From NCBI GenBank assembly GCA_951406725.2, contig OX597817.1, forward strand, positions 25,916,001-25,980,000: DNA of 64,000 nucleotides. The letters run 5' to 3'. Positions 52,421 to 64,000 of the stretch are shown piece by piece (positions within the stretch are counted from its first letter, which is position 1; each line of letters starts with the position of its first letter). Position numbers and translations under genes: made by a program. The notes under the pieces are model-generated. The model saw only the letters and a program-made list of their open reading frames with translations, ran no database searches and was not told where the DNA came from. Source of the stretch: Octopus vulgaris (Eukaryota).

Positions 52421-52604
52421 ATAAACAATTCATAGATAAGGGCAAACGAAAAAATTTCTAATGCCAAATATGCCGAAAAATTGGACAAAAAATTGGTTAA
52501 TGGACAATATGTCCAATTTTTCGGCATATTTGGCATTAGTCCAATTTTTCGGCATATTTGGCATTAGAAATTTTTTCGTTTGCCCTTATATATGAATTGT
52601 TTAT
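52421..52604. repeat. 66-bp near-perfect inverted repeat with a 28-bp tandem duplication in the spacer, between (TA)n tracts
   Basis: 52421-52486 vs 52539-52604 (one mismatch); GTCCAATTTTTCGGCATATTTGGCATTA at 52511 and 52539. Confidence 0.95.
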
Positions 52605-52829
52605 ATATATATATATATAGAATATGAGGGTTTTAGTTCACTTGTGATCTAAACGAATAGGTAGACTGGGTAGGAGCTGTAGTTGGTTAGCAGTTAGGTT
52701 CCAAGGTCACAGCTAGAGCTGGATCTAGGGATCCATGTTAGGGTTCCATTTTAGCAGGTATATGTTGCTTCTTCTAATATATATATATGTCTGTGTGTGT
52801 GTGTGTACATACATAAGTGCATACATGCA

Positions 52830-52863
<34 letters not shown>

Positions 52864-53414
52864 CATAACTATATACATAAATGCATACATAAATTGATCT
52901 AATTCAGATATAAGTACCAGTTTGTGAAACAGGAATTTCAAACAACTTTTCCGATTATATACTTTACATATTTGTCTTTTATTTTACTCGAGTCTCAGAG
53001 AATTTCTCTATAAAATTTCTCTTAGATTATGGATATTTTAATTTTATTAGAAACATTTTTTTTTTATTTCTGTTTTATATTTCTTGTTTCTTGTTCGAGA
53101 GAAATATTATATAGTCATTACCAGTAAAAGATTCGGACTAAGCATTAATAATTGGATATCAAGAGATTATAAAATAAGCAGCAGCCATGTTTATATATCA
53201 TATGACAGAATGAAAGACAGAAATGGATAAAGCAAAAAAAAAAATAAAATAAAATAAAATAAAAAGACCAAACAGTAGCTTTCTAAAGATATTTATACAT
53301 AGAAGCAAGAATATTTCTGCAATTGATATAAATTATCATGAACTGCAATATTTCATGGTTACTAGCTGTATGAATGAAAATGATTATCAAATGATATTTA
53401 AAATCTATGCATCT

Positions 53415-53422
53415 ATACATAC

Positions 53423-53463
<41 letters not shown>

Positions 53464-53762
53464 TATATGTATATATGTATATATATAAATATATATACAT
53501 ACATATATATTTATATATATATATACATATACATATATATACATGTATATATATACACATATGCATACGTATATAAATGCATTTATAAATATGCATATAC
53601 ATATATATACATATATACATACATACATATATATACACATATGCATACGTATATAAATACATTTATAAATATGCATACACATATATATACATATATACAT
53701 ACATATATGTGTGTGTGTGTATTAAATATATACATTTGTATATATATGTATATATATATGTG

Positions 53763-53797
<35 letters not shown>

Positions 53798-53957
53798 ATA
53801 TTTATATATGTGTGTGTGTATATATATATATATATGTGTGTGTACATATAAATGCATATACACACGTATGTATAAACATACATATGTTTATATATAAATA
53901 TACACACAAATACACTTACACATATATATACATATGTACACGCACTCACACATGTAA
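53415..53957. repeat. Compound (TA)/(CA)/(TG) microsatellite field
   Basis: Direct reading. Confidence 0.95.
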
Positions 53958-55983
53958 ATAATAAAAATAACGAAAATAATAATAAACAAAAATAAAATCC
54001 CAGAAAACTAAGCCAAACTAGATAACTTTGAAACTTCTGAAATTTCAAAGACTTCAATAAGTAATCAAATCATGGTGATAAATACATTCAGTAACACAGT
54101 ATTGCAACTACAAGGAGACAAACAACATAACATTCAAGTTTAAAAAAAAAAAAATCTTGAAATTAGAAGACTGTCTCTGTATTAGAATACCAGACAAGAT
54201 TATCTCATGTATGAGTTGTTCTCTAGATAAGAATTATAAAGAGTTATGAGTTAAAACCATGCTAACGTTGACATAATTGATTTTTTTTTTCTTCTACAAA
54301 CATCTACAAATCTCATTATGTTAATGATTCATGTAATCCCAACACAGCACTTCAGTAGTATAGTACACTAGAAGCTCTTGGTTCATTGCATTTAAATTGG
54401 TATGCTTCAAGATAAGCTTCCAAAAGGCTGAAGTTCAATAGGTTCCAACCCCAGAAAATTAACCATCCATATTAAAGTGGCCATTTTTAGTAATGTTCAC
54501 AGTTATTTCTACTTCAGAAATATCCTTCGCATTCTTCGAACACTGGACTCAGATTAAAAGAATTTGAAAGCAATTTCCACATACTTTGTTTTCAAAATAT
54601 CTTGCAGTAAATAAAACTCGGTTTTGAGATTTCATACCAAGTTAGGGCACATTGAACCATATAAATTTCTGAAATCTTGATGCCAAAGATTTTTAAGACA
54701 TGTAGGAGACCATCCTAATCTATCACAACATTTCCTGAATCTGCCATGAAGGACAAACATATTTCGACACCATACATTCTTTATCAGGCAAGGTCATTAA
54801 ATGTGGAATATATGGAATATACCACCTTTTAGCATCAGCTTCCAAGACTAAGTGGTATCATCTATTCTGTTTCCCAGGTATCAGCCCTACATGGGAAATG
54901 AATAGATGTAAGCTGTCACACTATAAAATCGATATTTTGGCCAAATTCAAATTACTTCATTGTTGATGCTGTCTCCTCTCAAATAGAAATGCATAAATAA
55001 ATCTTCGAAGTTAGTAGGATATTTATCATTCTGTCATGATAGATAGAAAGACATGAAGCAGACCCGTTCAAAAAGAAATGAAAAAACTCAGTAATCAATG
55101 ACAGAATGCCAAATAAGAGGCAATAATTCAAAAATGAACTGTAATTTCATGAAATTTTTCTAGTCATAAGTGTCCCTTCTTTTCTGAAACGTTTCTTTTT
55201 TTATATTTTGATATAAACAATTGATGTAGTTATAGAAGGTTACTTACAAAGTCAACCCAAGAACGACAGAAACTCATTTTGTGTAATATTAATTGGTTTG
55301 CAGTTTTAAGGATTGTAATTAGAAAACATAAGTATGTGTTTATATATGCACAAATACATTGTTGACAAATATATGATTCCTCCAAATCTCATTTACCTAC
55401 AGAATCAAGGAGTGCTTTGAAAGAAAATCATTCCTGAATTCACCAAGACCTATTGTGGTTTTTGAATCAAGTTTTAATGAATTCCTTTTCTGAATATAAT
55501 GAATTTAAAATGTTTGGAAAGCTTTTGACAAATCAGTTGTAAACAACACTAGCAAATTAGCAGTCATTTGGAAACAACTCTTATATAACATACACCTTAA
55601 TTCAATCATATCCATTACAATAGGTAAAAATGTTGTCACACCCCACACACTTCCACCCCCATTATATGTTTCTTTCTTTCTCTTTTCTACCTCTGTTTAT
55701 CATCTGCAGTTACCTACTCTCCCAGTGAAATGATTATTTTTGATGCCTGTTGCTACCTGAAAATAGAGAAAATGTATTTGGCAGGATACAAGACATCGTC
55801 ATTAGAGCTGGAACAACAATAAAGTTCACCCAGTACATTCAGTAAAGTGGTTGAGGTTAGGAAGAGCATCCTGTTATAGAAACATTATTACATTATAAAC
55901 CATACAAACAAGATGTGGTCACGTGCATGTGTGTGTATGCATGTGAGTGTGTGTGTATGTACATATATATATATATATATAAG

Positions 55984-56232
55984 TGGAGGCATGTGGCTTA
56001 GTGGTTAGGGTGTCAGCATCATGATCGTAAGATTGTGGTTTCAATTCCTGGACCAGGCGACGCGTTGTGTTCTTGAGCAAAACACTCCATTTCACGTTGC
56101 TCCAGTCAACTCAGCTGGCAAAAATGAGTAATGCTGCGATGGACTGGAGTCCCATCCAGCTGGGGAACACATACACCATTGAAACCAGGAAACCGGGCCC
56201 ATGAGCCTGGCTAGGCTTTAAAAGGGTGCATT
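55984..56232 (+). mobile_element. tRNA-headed SINE (family D group), (TTA)n tail
   Basis: TGGCTTAGTGGTTAGG head, central CCAGTCAACTCAGCTGGCAAAAATGAGTA. Confidence 0.85.
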
Positions 56233-56348
56233 TATTATTATTATTTTATATATGTACATAAAGTAAATTTAGCATTAACATAAGTTCTACTAAGAAGGCA
56301 AGTAGACAAGATCTGTTTGCAGTAAAGATACTAGCAGAAATTCTATAA

Positions 56349-56519
56349 GGCGCAGGAGTGGCTGTGTGGTAAGTAGCTTGCTAAACAACCACATGGTTCC
56401 GGGTTCAGTTCCACTGCGTGGCATCTTGGGCAAGTGTCTTCTGCTATAGCCCCGGGCCGACCAATGCCTTGTGAGTGGATTTGGTAGACGGAAACTGAAA
56501 GAAGCCTGTCGTATATATG

Positions 56520-56550
<31 letters not shown>

Positions 56551-56770
56551 TTGTGTGTCTGTGTTTGTTCCCCTAGCATCGCTTAACAACCGATGCTGGT
56601 GTGTTTACGTCCCCGTCACTTAGCGGTTCGGCAAAAAAGAGACCGATAGAATAAGTACTGGGCTTACAAAGAATAAGTCCCGGGGTCGAGTTGCTCGATT
56701 AAAGGCGGTGCTCCAGCATGGCCGCAGTCAAATGACTGAAACAAGTAAAAGAGAAAGAGAAAGAGAAAAG
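56349..56770 (+). mobile_element. SINE family A (young, CpG-rich)
   Basis: Full-length, close to the apparent consensus. Confidence 0.95.
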
Positions 56771-56999
56771 GGTGCTCACCATAAACAATAAAAACTCTAG
56801 AAGTGCAGTTGTATTACAGGTAGGACTAAAACACAAAAATATAGATTTCATAAAAGCAGGTGCACAGGGACAATAAGTATTGAAAGAAGTACATTGGAAA
56901 TAGGCTCCTCAAATGCTTAGATGTTTGTCAAGTAGTTGATAGGTTTTGTTATCTTGACCACATAATTTCAAAATGTGAAAGCTAGAATAAAAATGGGTT

Positions 57000-57408
57000 G
57001 AAGAAAATTCAGGAGCTTGAGTGTCTGCCAACAACTAAGAGTTTCTCCTTCAAGTTCAAAGAGCAAATTTTATGAGGTTCGTGTATAAAGTACACTGCTG
57101 CACAATAGCAAGATGTGAGCTTTTAATGTAGAGAATCTATGAAGGGTTAAAAGAAATGAGGTGCTGATGTGCCATACTAGTGTGCATGAAAATGAAAATA
57201 TAGATGAACAGAAAGATAGATTGGGTACACATGGGGAAATCAGATGAAGGGTGCAAAAGAGGAGACTGTGGCATGGACCATGATTTCAATGAAAGATGAT
57301 AGCTTCATAAGCAAGTGCTGAGTGCCTGAAGTGAATGTTATCAGTAGAAGAGAGAGACTGTTGAAGACTTGAGAAGTAATGGTGAAAAATTATCTCAAGA
57401 TGTTACAA
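57000..57408 (+). mobile_element. Highly decayed RTE-like LINE remnant
   Basis: Residual STLLH.S..W and VQKRRLWHG-like motifs; many stops. Confidence 0.45.
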
Positions 57409-57624
57409 CTCTCTTTACTCTTTACTCTTTTACTTGTTTCAGTCATTTGACTGTGGCCATGCTGGAGCACCGCCTTTAGTCAAGCAAATCAACCCCAGGA
57501 CTTATTCTTTGTAAGCCTAGTACTTATTCTATCGTTCTCTTTTGCCAAACTGCTAAGTTACGGGGACGTAAACACACCAGCATTGGTTGCCAAGCGATGT
57601 TGGAAAGACAAACACAGACACACA

Positions 57625-57655
<31 letters not shown>

Positions 57656-57905
57656 ACACACATATATATCATCATCATCATCATCGTTTAACGTCCGTTT
57701 CCGTGCTAGCACGGGTTGGACGGGATATATATATATACATATATACAACTTGCTTCTTTCCGTTTCTGTCTACCAAATCCACTCACAAGGTTTTGGTCGG
57801 CCTGAGGCTATAGTAGAAGACACTTGCTACAGGTGCCTTGCAGTGGGACTGAACCCAGAACCATGTGGTTGGAAAGCAAGCTACTTACCACACAGCCATT
57901 CCTAC
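57409..57905 (-). mobile_element. SINE family A with a 55-bp family C tail inserted in its microsatellite (57668-57723)
   Basis: (CAT)nCGTTTAACGTCCGTTTCCGTGCTAGCACGGGTTGGACGG lies within the internal TA/CA tract. Confidence 0.92.
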
Positions 57906-58387
57906 ATCCAACTGATGAAATTGATGACAAAAGAGTGTGTTAACTGGTAATATGTGGCACTGCAGAAGACCCCAAATCCCATGAAAGCTTGACAAAATAC
58001 ACTTTGAAACAGTGTAATAGAGTATACACCAGTTTTCCTATTGTAAAGTACACACATCTCCATCTCACTTGACTATTACCTATTCTATACCCTTATATCA
58101 ACCCCACTATCTATTCTATTGCATGCTTTTCTCTTCTCCTATTCTTTCCTAGTATCCATATCATATCATCCAGAATTGAGAGGAAGAACATGAGTTGCAT
58201 CTCCTTGTTCCTTTTTGCTCCCTATGTCCTGCAACCCCTATTTTTTCTGCCTGTTCCTGAATCATGATGCCTAAGCTGAAATGAATTACATTCTGGAAAA
58301 CATTACTCACTTTAACTTGATTCTTCTGTCACAATGATTTCTTGGGCATGTTTCTTTGAGAATATGTTCAGACCCTTCATCATCTTA

Positions 58388-58793
58388 TTTCTTTATTGCC
58401 CACAATGGGCTAAACATAGAGGGGACAAACAAGGAAAGACAAAGGGATTACATTGACTCCAGTGTGTAACTGGTACTTAATTTTTCGACCCCAAAAGGAT
58501 GAAAGGCAAAGTCAACCTCGGCGGAATTTGAACTCAGAATGCAGCGGCAAACGAAATACCTATTTCTTTACTACCCACAAGGGGCTAAACACAGAGGGGA
58601 CAAACAAGGACAGACAAAGGTATTAAGTCGATTGCATCGACCCCAGTGCATAACTGGTACTTAATTTATCCACCCCAAAAGGATGAAAGGCAAAGTCGAC
58701 CTCGGCAGAATTTGGACTCAGAACGTAGCGGCAGACGAAATACTGCTAAGCATTTTGCCCGGCATGCTAACGTTTCTGCCAGCTCACTGCCTT
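58388..58793 (-). mobile_element. Family B dimer
   Basis: Same internal junction as 49900 and 59680; TTCATC(A/T)TCTTA flanks the whole dimer. Confidence 0.9.
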
Positions 58794-59449
58794 CATCTTC
58801 TTACCATTTCTCTATGCCCTACTCTACTCATCTGTATATAACACACAGTATCATTGCCTTTCCTCCTAATCAACCTGCTCAAAACCCTTATCAGTCTGAC
58901 CCTTTCTTACTAATCCTTTGACTCAACTTTTCCCATACCCTATTATTATTCATTTTTATTTCCTTCCATCTTATCTTTTCTTCATGCACCATTTTACCTA
59001 CCATGTATAATATAGGGTAACACTACTTCTATTCTTATTCAAACCTCCCACATTCCTATCACTTTCTAAAACTCCCCCATTACCACCCTGATACCCTGAT
59101 ACTACTCTTCATTTTCCCTTCAATTACCCGCTTCCCTAACACAGTCTGTTACTTTCAACCATTCCATAATCTCTCAGCAACAAATCTGTGTAATTCCAAA
59201 AAACTGGACCCATACATGCATGACAAGAGGACTGACATAGCCATCACTGTCTACACCTTCACAATCTGCCCCATCATTACCAATTTGATTGTCCTTCTCC
59301 TTCAAACTAAATCCTGACATTGCTCTTCCCCTTCCCCTCAACCCTTTCTCCTCCATTGCTTCAACCCACAAATATTCTCTGTGATTTTTCCAACTACCAT
59401 ACTCTCATAAAAATGAATATCTTCCTTCCAGGCTCAGGTCTCTTTTTCA

Positions 59450-59865
59450 AAGGCGGCGAGCTGGCAGAAACGTTAGCACACTGGGCAAAATGCTTTGCGG
59501 TATTTTGTCTGCAACTATGTTCTGAGTTCAAATTCCACCAAGGTTGACTTTGCCTTTCATCCTTTCTGGGTCGATTAAATAAGTACCAGTTACGCACTGG
59601 GGTCGATGTAATCGACTTAATCCGTTTGTCTGTCCTTGTTTGCCCCCTCTGTGTTTAGCCACTTGTGGGTAGTAAAGAAATAGGTATTTCGTCTGCTGTT
59701 ACGTTCTGAGTTCAAATTCCACCGAGGTCGACTTTGCTTTTCATCCTTTCGGGGTCAATTAAATAAGTACCAGTTACGCACTGGAGTCAATATAATCGAC
59801 TTAACCCGTTCATCTCTCCTTATTTGTCCTCTCTGTGTTTATCCCCTTGTGGGTAGTAAAGAAAT
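59450..59865 (+). mobile_element. Family B dimer
   Basis: Perfect 14-bp TSD AGGTCTCTTTTTCA at 59436 and 59866 flanks the whole dimer. Confidence 0.93.
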
Positions 59866-60769
59866 AGGTCTCTTTTTCACCTTGTGAGCAATAAGGCAAT
59901 AACACCTGTGCTGGTGCCACATAAGATCATCAGGTACATTCTGTAAATGGTTAGAAAGATAAATTGAATAATAACAATGCAGGATATAAAAATTCTCTTT
60001 AGTCTTACAAGTTATAAGGTAACCTCAACACTGCTGGTGCCACAAAAGAATGCAGCACCCAGTACACTTTGAAATGTGATTGGTTTTACGAAAAGTATCT
60101 AGCCATAAAAGATATGCCAAAAGATGATCTTCCAGCCTGCAAGCCTGAAGCAAAACATGTATTTTGTCTACCTGCTGTATTTTGCCTACATGTACAGCCT
60201 ATGCTTGCATGAAAAGCGGGTGTAAAAATGATGATGAGGAGGAGGAAGAGGAGAAGGAGGATGATAATGATGATGATGAAGAGGAGGATATACACACAGA
60301 TGTTATATATATTTATGCATCATAAATATATACGCATTGATACACACACACACATACACAAACACATGAATGCACACATGTACGCACACACACACACACA
60401 CACACACGGACACATGCACACACAAATAGCTTTTGAATTAGTAAGAATTGTGATTTATTTCTGATAATGATAGCAAGATTAAGACCGACAAAAAGAATAA
60501 AACTCCAATCGGTATTTGTTTATTTAGAATCTAGGGATTTTTATCTACATAAATACATTTTATTTTGAAAGAACATGGCGGATTTTATGAATGAAATAAG
60601 ACATATAAAGTCATTAAATCTTCTGCTTAGTATTGTTGTAGTAATATGTCTTGTAATATACTTTTATTTTTGATTTTCTATACATTAGGCCTTTTTATCT
60701 GTTATTTTGTTACATAAATATATATGTGGAAGAAGTGCATTTGTGTTCTCATACATTTATACATACATA

Positions 60770-61458
60770 GGCATAGGAGTGGCTGTGTGGTATAGGTGTA
60801 GGAGTGGCTGTGTGGTAAATAGCTTGCTTACGAACCACATGGTTCAGGATTCAGTCCCACTGTGTGGCACCTTGGGCAAGTGTCTTCTACTATAGCCTTG
60901 GGCCGACCAAAGCCTTGTGAGTGGATTTGGTAGATGGGAACTGAAAGAAGATCATCGTATATGTGTATATATATATTTATTTACTACCCACAAAACGCTA
61001 AACACAGAGGGGTCGAACAAGGACAGACAAACGGATTAAGGCGATTACATCGTCCCCAGTGCATAACTGGTACTTAATTTATCGTCTCCGAAAGGATGAA
61101 AGGCAAAGTCGACCTCGGTGGAATTTGAACTCAGAACGTAATGGCAGAGGAAATACAGCTACGCATTTCGCCTGGCGTGCTAACGTTTCTGCCAGCTCAC
61201 TGCCTTTATATGTATATATATACATATGTGTGTATGCGTGTGTATATGTTTGTGTGTCTGTGTTTGTCCCTGCAACATCGCTTGACAACCGATGCTGGTG
61301 TGTTTGCTTCCCCGTAACTTAGCAGTTCGGTAAAAGACTCTGATAGAATAAGTACTGATAGAATAAGTACTAGAATGAGTCCTGGGGTCGAATGGCTCGA
61401 CTAAAAGAGGCGTTCCAGCATGGCCATAGTCAAATGACTGAAACAAGTAAAAGAGTAA
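60770..61458 (+). mobile_element. SINE family A with duplicated head and a nested antisense family B copy (60975-61206)
   Basis: TAGGAGTGGCTGTGTGG occurs twice; the B element sits in the internal (TA)n tract. Confidence 0.92.
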
Positions 61459-61526
61459 AATGGTATACATAAAACAATGCTAAACATTGCCCAAATATGT
61501 ATATTTAAATGCAAATGTTTATCATT

Positions 61527-61680
61527 GTGGAGGCGCAATGGCCCAGTGGTTAGGGCAGCGGACTCGCGGTCGTAGGATCGCGGTTTCGATTCCCAGACCG
61601 GGCGTTGTGAGTGTTTATTGAATGAAAACACCTAAAAGCTCCACGAGGCTCCGGCAGGGATTGGTGATCCCTGCTGTACA
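61527..61680 (+). mobile_element. SINE family D 5' part
   Basis: GGAGGCGCAATGGCCCAGTGGTTAGGGCAGCGGACTCGCGG head. Confidence 0.88.
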
Positions 61681-63424
61681 AGTTTAACGGCAGTGCATCA
61701 GCATGGTCGCAACTCTGAGCTGAAACTAGAGAAAAAAAAAAAATCCACACTGTCTTAGAAGATAGAAAATTCTCTGTCAGGTGCAAGTGCAGCTGTGTTG
61801 TTAGGCAATTTGCTTTCGATCCACATGGTTCCAAGTTCATTCCTGTTGTGTAACAGCTTATGCAAATGTCTACTACCATAACACTGGGCCACCTAAAGCC
61901 CTGTGGGTGGATTTGATAGATAGAAACTGAAAGAAGCTCTTTATGTATATGTGTGTGTGTGTGTGGAGGGGTTGACTTCATGTGATTGTTGTAAATGAAT
62001 GCCATTCATTTTCACTATTATGTGAAAAATATCTAGCTGGAGGGCAAATACAAGAAATTTTACTTTGCTTCGAAACAGGCATGGGTTGGCAAAAGGAAGG
62101 GTCTCTGGCAGTAGAAAATCAGCCTCAGTATACTCTATATGACCCATGAAGAGGAGAATGATAATGGTAATATGTGTGTGTGTGTACGTGCATGAGTGTG
62201 TGTGTGTGATGCAAGAAAGAAGGCTCTATCAGTATAGAAATATAATGAATATGGATGATGACAATGTTTAAGGAACAACTGATTGCTTAATGTAAGGTTG
62301 TGGAAGATGGAAATTTAGGAAGATATGAGACAAAATGGTGACAACTGATCTCAGAAATCTGAACTTTGTAGATGACATGACAAAAGAACTTGGATGGCAG
62401 GTGAGATGCTGTTCTAAAGAACACTCACCTATCTCAGCAAAATTAAGTTCTGGGAGAAATGAATGTGTGTATGTATATTCACATCTGGGTCCTTCACCTA
62501 ATTTCCTCCTCAAGGCACCACCACAACCCACCAGATTTTAAACTGCAGCTTTACTTTAATACCAATAATCCTTCTCATTGCTTAGAATCATTTCCCTTGG
62601 CATCCACTAGTCATCCTTAAACTGTCCTCTCCACAAACATTTTACATTGATCACCCATTTGTGAGATCAAATTATTTCTTCTCCACCACCAGACATATCA
62701 CTTTTTCCATGCACTGAACTTGCTATTTTCTCTCCCCACCCTCTTGCAACAAACCCAACCATGTATCATCTCTCTCTCTCTCTCCCTCCCTCTCTCTCTC
62801 TTTCTCATCCTTTCTCTGTCTACTGTATCATCATTATTATTTTGCTGTTCTTAGCTCCCATGCATCAATAGTCACCTCCACTCCTTATCCACCTTTCATT
62901 ATATCTACTACCCAACATATATCCTTCATTCATTATACTCATCTCTTCAACCATTCCCCATCTCTCATGCTTCCATGCACTCTTGAAAACTCCACCCGCC
63001 TACAGTCCCAGTTCTTCTGTCTCCACTCACTTTTCTCACCTTGTACCATGAAGGCTCACCAACTCATCTTATCACAGTTTTTAACTATTCCCAGCTCCAT
63101 CCCAGTCGCTCCTTTTTTCTAAATTGTGAATGCCAAGTAGCTCCTCTACAGCAAGAAACCTGTTCTGTTCTGACCTGTTCTCTCATACATCAACCCCTTG
63201 TTTTATCTTCTTGTATAAAGCTTCTTGTATAAAGCCTTGCAACCTCATTAGTGCTGGTGACAGGAAAAGTAAAAACCCAGTGCATGTCAGTGTTAGGAAA
63301 CCATGTTAGCATAGAACATGCATATTAAATGATGTGATGATAATGATAATTGCTGTCTAAATCACTTTTCTTACATTTATACACACCCTCTACCCACACT
63401 GGGACTCTATCTCTCTGGCCATAG

Positions 63425-63427
<3 letters not shown>

Positions 63428-63487
<60 letters not shown>

Positions 63488-63510
63488 GGGAGAGAGATAA
63501 AGAGATAGAT

Positions 63511-63555
<45 letters not shown>

Positions 63556-63585
63556 GGGAGAGAGATAAAGAGATAGATTGATATA

Positions 63586-63646
<61 letters not shown>

Positions 63647-63672
63647 AGAGGGAGAGAGATAAAGAGAAAGAT

Positions 63673-63715
<43 letters not shown>
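63428..63715. repeat. Higher-order tandem repeat: (AT)n plus CAGAGGGAGAGAGATAAAGAGA..GATTG x3
   Basis: Direct reading. Confidence 0.95.
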
Positions 63716-63719
<4 letters not shown>

Positions 63720-64000
63720 CATATATAAATAGGCACACATGCACACAACCAACTATCTACCCTACTTTCCAACACATACACATGCAAATGTATGTATATT
63801 AGTAACTAAAAGTTGTACGGAGTTAAGAACAGTAAATGAAATTATGTGTGCAAGAAAATTGCTGTTGATTATCTTTAAGCACGATACTTATCCTCATCAT
63901 TCAAGAATGATATGAGGAATCTAATCAGTGCAGGAACCAATTTGGATAAAGTCTTAACTAGAGTTAGTTTCTGATAATGACTTTTGCTATTTAAAAATTG

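Noticed and set aside
53351-53373. TTTCATGGTTACTAGCTGTATGA resembles mature miR-9 (UCUUUGGUUAUCUAGCUGUAUGA)
   Set aside because: Seed differs, one base is missing, and there is no complementary star arm or hairpin nearby.
54230-55450. Repeat-poor unique stretch (also 47200-47870) that might hold exons
   Set aside because: Frames tried after plausible acceptors hit stops quickly and gave no recognisable protein. Could be regulatory, but that is not supportable from sequence alone.
61527-61605. tRNA-like sequences (also 38370, 34470-34546, 55984)
   Set aside because: A/B boxes continue into SINE bodies; acceptor stem and cloverleaf incomplete. These are SINE heads, not tRNA genes.
9597-63802. 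Long low-complexity ORFs (poly-HT, CV, YI, S, H, E/K) and recurring short ORFs such as MHNWYLIYRPRKDERQSRPRRNLNSE
   Set aside because: Translations of microsatellites and of multi-copy SINE strands; no splice or codon evidence.

Overview
AT-rich, repeat-dense eukaryotic DNA, almost certainly intronic or intergenic. The SINE families and the density of (TA)n/(CA)n/(CAT)n tracts look like a coleoid cephalopod (Octopus-like); this is recognition, not a database result. Nearly all supplied ORFs are artefacts of microsatellites or SINEs. Real content: (i) a candidate terminal coding exon at the window start ending in a CaaX motif (GLPCCCHIL*); (ii) about 35 SINE copies from at least four families; (iii) decayed autonomous elements: a Penelope-like element (PLE) with GIY-YIG endonuclease and deleted RT core, a CR1-clade LINE 3' fragment, RTE scraps, a mariner and a maT/DD37D-like transposase, and two piggyBac-type MITEs; (iv) at least six well-formed and two decayed minimal type I hammerhead-ribozyme (HHR) motifs in short PLE-like or retrozyme-like elements, mostly beside (TA)n tracts. 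These show all three compensated versions of the core 3-8 tertiary pair (C3-G8, G3-C8, U3-A8), including a divergent G3-C8 pair inside a 300-bp foldback. There are also several locally templated duplications and inversions. Motif coordinates were counted by hand; element boundaries are approximate.
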